Assembly: GCA_951406725.2 (NCBI GenBank)
Contig: OX597826.1
Location: 75,826,001-75,890,000, forward strand
Direction of reading: 5' to 3'
DNA from: Octopus vulgaris
Lineage: Eukaryota
Length of the DNA stretch: 64,000 nt
Shown here: positions 59,776-64,000 of the stretch, in pieces
Position numbering within the stretch: position 1 is the stretch's first letter
Layout of the letters: every line of letters starts with the position of its first letter
Program-made: the position numbers and the translations under genes
Notes under the pieces: generated by a model
Seen by the model: only the letters and a program-made list of their open reading frames with translations
What the model was told of the DNA's origin: nothing
The model's database searches: none

Positions 59776-60367
59776 GTATTAGGATCGATGTAATACACCA
59801 GCTTCCTCCACCCACAAAGTTCAGACCCTGTGCTTATAAAAGAAAGGAAACGTCAGCAAGCCGGAAAAAATGTTTATCGACATTTCTTCCGGCGTTATGT
59901 TATGAGCTCGAAAGCCAGCGACATCAACTTTGCCTTTCATCCTTTTGGAGTCGATAAAAATAAGTACCAGTCAAGGACTGGTGTCGCTATAATCGACTAG
60001 CCCCTGCCACCCTAAATTTCAGGCCTTGTGGAAAGAATTATATTAGGAAGAATTATTACTGCCGATCATTACAAGTTTTCTGGGATTCTCCTTGTTTTCA
60101 TATATTTACATATTTGCCGTTGAGCGTGTCGGCGTCGAAGAAACGGCAGCAGTGGCAGCAGTAACTACATCAACAACGAACAAGATGATTCTATTACAAC
60201 ACCCGACCGTTACCCCATCCAGCCCCACCGTCACATGTACCACTTCTGTCACCACTACGTAAACACATTGCTCCACCCACTCAGAATATGGTGAAGGAAA
60301 AAAACAGAGGAGAAGATCCTACAGACTTGAAAATCAAACCTTGATAATACACACTTACACACATACT

Positions 60368-60422
<55 letters not shown>

Positions 60423-60553
60423 TTATTTAATTTAGTCATCGAACCGTTGTCATAATAGATCTCTACTGCCAGGAGTTCAGCTGATATGGACACCACAGAC
60501 TATTTCAGTTTGGTCCCTATTTTTCCAGCTCAGTTTGTCGAACCGAACCGACA

Positions 60554-60635
<82 letters not shown>

Positions 60636-60937
60636 TGTGTGTGTGTGTGCGTGTAGTAAGAATTTACAAAAAAAAACGAAAGACGAAGACAGGTGTGTAA
60701 ACAACAAACAGATGTATTAGTTTAACACTCGGGAAGCAAGAAAGTCTTTTACGTTTCGAGCCTACGCTCTTCGACAAGCTTTCTTGCCAACCACATGGTT
60801 CCGGGTTCAGTCCCACTGCGTGGAACCTTGGGCATGTTTCTTCTACTATAGCCTCGGGCCGATCAAAGACCTTGTGAGTGAGTTTGGCAAACGGAAACCG
60901 AAAGAAGCCTGTCGTATATATATATATATATATATCA

Positions 60938-61169
60938 AGGCGGCGAGCTGGCAGAAACGTTAGCACGCCGGGCGAAATGCTTAGCGGTATTTCGTCTGCG
61001 TTACGTTGTGAGTTCAAATTCCGCCGAGGTCGACTTTGCCTTTCATCCTTTCGGGGTCGATAAATTAAGTACCAGTTACGCACTGGGGTCGATGTAATCG
61101 ACTTAATACCTATGTCTGTCCTTGTTTGTCCCCTCTGTGTTTGGCCCCTTGTGGGTAATAAAGAAATAG
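60938..61169 (+). mobile_element. SINE family M monomer (tail A) inserted in the (TA)n of a family C SINE
   Basis: Near-consensus copy with (TA)n on both sides, directly after gaagcctgtcgtatata of family C. Confidence 0.9.
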
Positions 61170-61617
61170 ATATATATATATATATATATATGAACACACA
61201 CACTCATACATTCATTCGGAGTTCGTGACACACTCTATCGATACTCAGAGTTTCTGACCTTTGAAGCGTTATAATTAAAATTTCAAGGTCGTGTCAACTT
61301 GACCTGATATTTTCCGAAGCAGGCGACCTCCAGCTTTCCATCGTCTGTTTTTACATTCCAAAACGCCCTTTTAAAAAAGATTTTCGTTTCATTGTTTACT
61401 TATACGGTATTACGATATATACATTTATAGACACGTAGACTACAGATATATAATGCATGCATGTATATATATATATATATACGAAAGCATATAAACATAT
61501 TCATATACATATAGGTATAAATACATACATATATATATATATATATATACATATAGGTATGCTTATACATACACATATATACATATATATATGTATATAT
61601 ATATATGTGTGTTTATA

Positions 61618-61666
<49 letters not shown>

Positions 61667-61796
61667 AAGCGCATGCATCGCATACTGCAATGCATGTGTG
61701 GGTGTTCGTGTCTGATAGATTGAAATGTATCAAATGCACAGCACCACGCGCGCATTCTTGTACATATGACTCATGTCTTACAATTGTCTATTCAGT

Positions 61797-61988
61797 TAGA
61801 GAGAGAGAGAGAAAGAGAAAGAGAGAGAGAAAGAGAAAGAGAGAGAGAGAGAAGAGAGCGAGAGAGAGAGAGAAAGAAAAAGAGAGAGAGAAAGAGAAAG
61901 AGAGAGAGAGAGGAAGAGAGCGAGAGAAAGAGAGAGAGAGAAAGAGAGAGAGAGAAGGAGAGCGAGAGAAAGAGAAAGAAAGAGAGAG
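61797..61988. repeat. (GA)n/(GAGAAA)n polypurine tract
   Basis: Directly visible. Confidence 0.95.
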
Positions 61989-62045
61989 GTGTGTGTATGT
62001 CACTATGCATTTGTAAACATATACGTATATATATATACATTTATA

Positions 62046-62081
<36 letters not shown>

Positions 62082-62241
62082 CGTGTGTGTGTGTGTGTGA
62101 ACGTGTGCGTATTATGCGTTTGTGCGCGTGTAACAAACATGAAAATCAGCGCGTTGAAACAAGCGAATATCTTCGTTTCAAAAATGATGCTGTATCAACC
62201 GAGATTAGCCGCCACCACCACCACCACCATCATCGTCGTCG

Positions 62242-62277
<36 letters not shown>

Positions 62278-62490
62278 ACATATGGTGCGAATCCCAAGAT
62301 TTCGGCAGACCAAAAATCTGTTTCACTCCGAAATGAGAGAAGCCACGTGTGCCAGAGAATGGCAAGGGAAGCGATTCGAAGATATATAGCTAAAAGAAAT
62401 TTGGAAGAAAAGGATATTAAAATGGAGTCTTGTGATTAACCGAAACAAATGGAAACGGGTCCTTTATGGAGACCAACTTCGAGATGGCAG
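62278..62490 (+). mobile_element. RTE/BovB-like LINE ORF C-terminal remnant
   Basis: HMVRIPRFRQTKNLFHSEMREATCAREWQGKRFEDI...W..LVINRNKWKRVLYG resembles the GHVxRMxxxRxPKxxFYxEL...GRQxKRxKD...DRxxWR tail of RTE elements. Confidence 0.55.
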
Positions 62491-62700
62491 GATCAGAACA
62501 TCTCAACGATAAATATAAATGTAGAAAATACTCCGAAATTACCAATTCCTTTTCGAATCACGCCCAGGAATGTCTGCTGATTACGGAACTGGCATGATAT
62601 TATTGCAAGTAGGAAACATTGTGTCCGCTGTCCAGTTATCGGATAATCCCCGCAGGTGATTTAGTACATTTTATGTCTAAGAAATATTTTTCGTCTAAGA

Positions 62701-63001
62701 TAGAGGTTCTCAGCCATTTTGTTTTTATCTATGGACCCCGTTGATTACAATTTTATTCTGACGAACTCCCATTGCCATTCTGTGTTTAAAGACAAGTTTT
62801 ATAGAAAGTTCTATTTTGTTTTTCACACATCATCTTGTGTAGGTTGAACTATGGTAAAATGCTGGAGAAAAAAAACCTAGCCGTTTCTTGTAAAGCAAAA
62901 TTGTCAAAAGGGCCCTTGAAATACTATTGTGGAACTTCAATTTACTATTTTTTTTTGTGTGGACCCCAAAATCTTATATGGACCCTGATTGCGAACCACT
63001 G
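62701..63001. mobile_element. hAT (Charlie-like) MITE
   Basis: Ends tagaggttctcagcc / gattgcgaaccactg approximate the CAGTGGTTCTCAA TIR. Subterminal ggacccc motifs are present. The flanks gtctaaga / atctaaag resemble a decayed 8-bp TSD. Confidence 0.6.
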
Positions 63002-63079
63002 ATCTAAAGGATAACAAGAGATATTGTTATAGTAAATAGCCTCATAAGCATTTGAGCAGTTCCTTAAAAAGACATTTGT

Positions 63080-63240
63080 CTTTATTACAAGGATAAAAGG
63101 ATTAAGTCGATTACATCGACCCCCGAAAAGATGAAAGGCAAAGTCGACCTCGACGGAATTTGAACTCATAACGTAGCGGCAGACGAAATACCGCTAAGCA
63201 TTTCGTCCGGTATGCTAATGTTTCTGCCAGCTCGCCACCT
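63080..63240 (-). mobile_element. SINE family M copy with internal deletion
   Basis: Head intact; the segment between the two atcgaccc motifs is missing. Confidence 0.8.
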
Positions 63241-63989
63241 TAAAAAGGCATTACGCACGCGCGCGCACACATACACAATTAATATAGGGTGTCCAAAAAT
63301 TATCTTCACAATTCGAAGAATTCAGAAAAGAATGAAAAACAAGGACAACTCAACAGAACTTATTGGAAAACATAGACAAACAAATAATGCTTTGTCAGAG
63401 ACATCAGAACACTTTTTATGTAGGTTCCATTGGTTGTACGCAAAACATCTCGACGATGAATTGTGGAAGTTGTAAAGATAATTTATGGATACCGTGTGCA
63501 TGTATGTGTGTCTGTCTGTATGTGTATTACATTAAGGATTCTCACTAAAAGACAGATTTTCAAATATAATAAATGGTATTTAATGAATCAGAAGCAATGA
63601 TATTCAAAGAGGAACACGTGTCATGTGTAAACGTTGTTGTTGTTGCTTCCAAGTTCACCGAGTATCTTTAACCAGACGACATCCCATCATTTATCATCTG
63701 CTCTACCTTCAAACAAAACTCCTTGCCCAGCCACCGCCACCACCGTCCTAAGAACAACAAAGAAAACAATGACAGACACATTTGTCAGTTTTGCATTGTT
63801 TTTTTTATTATATCTTGTCTTTATTTCCTTTTCAATCACGTGACTTCCTTGTGTTGACGCCATTATGACAAGGGAGATAACCATTTCTTCATATTTGGCG
63901 GAATTCGAAATTTGAATTTGAAATTAAGGAATTATACAGAAAAAAGTGACAGAGAATTCATATATTTAATTTTATTTTTATTTTTGCAG

Positions 63990-64000
63990 GGTGTTTTTTT
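63990..64000 (+). CDS. Possible start of exon 2 of the TINAGL1-like gene (truncated by window edge)
   Basis: A T-rich tract plus TTTTTGCAG ends at 63989. The phase-1 join gives A+GG TGT TTT TTT = R-C-F-F, placing a Cys where TINAG-family proteins begin their next Cys-rich module. Only 11 nt are visible. Confidence 0.4.

Noticed and set aside
60120-60280. Thr/Ala-rich stretch resembling a mucin-like exon
   Set aside because: No convincing flanking splice sites; low-complexity trinucleotide decay is common in this genome.
61766-62389. 207-aa ORF with ER repeats and poly-His
   Set aside because: It is a concatenation of (GA)n, (TG)n and (CAT)n; only the last ~36 codons are meaningful, and they belong to the RTE remnant.

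Overview
This is eukaryotic, AT-rich, microsatellite-saturated DNA. The SINE families and repeat style point to an octopus (coleoid cephalopod) genome; that is inference from recalled repeat motifs, not a database search. Only one coding segment is well supported: the first coding exon (15428-15791, +) of a TINAGL1/Swim-like secreted protein, with a signal peptide, a somatomedin-B domain and a phase-1 GTAAGT donor. A compatible acceptor at the very end of the window (63989/63990) would imply a ~48 kb first intron. The rest is dozens of tRNA-derived SINE copies from at least three families, decayed Tc1/mariner transposases (DD34D, DD41D, probable maT-like), RTE-type LINE remnants, hAT-like MITEs and simple repeats. 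Almost all ORFs in the supplied track are microsatellite or SINE artefacts. The most interesting signals are three: (i) a SINE-SINE junction (AAGAAATA|GGTATTTC, self-complementary) that recurs six times, once with a 61-bp target duplication; (ii) two long fold-back elements, one enclosing a tRNA T-arm; (iii) module swapping among SINE families. I see no prokaryotic-type system such as CRISPR. Boundaries of degenerate repeats are approximate.
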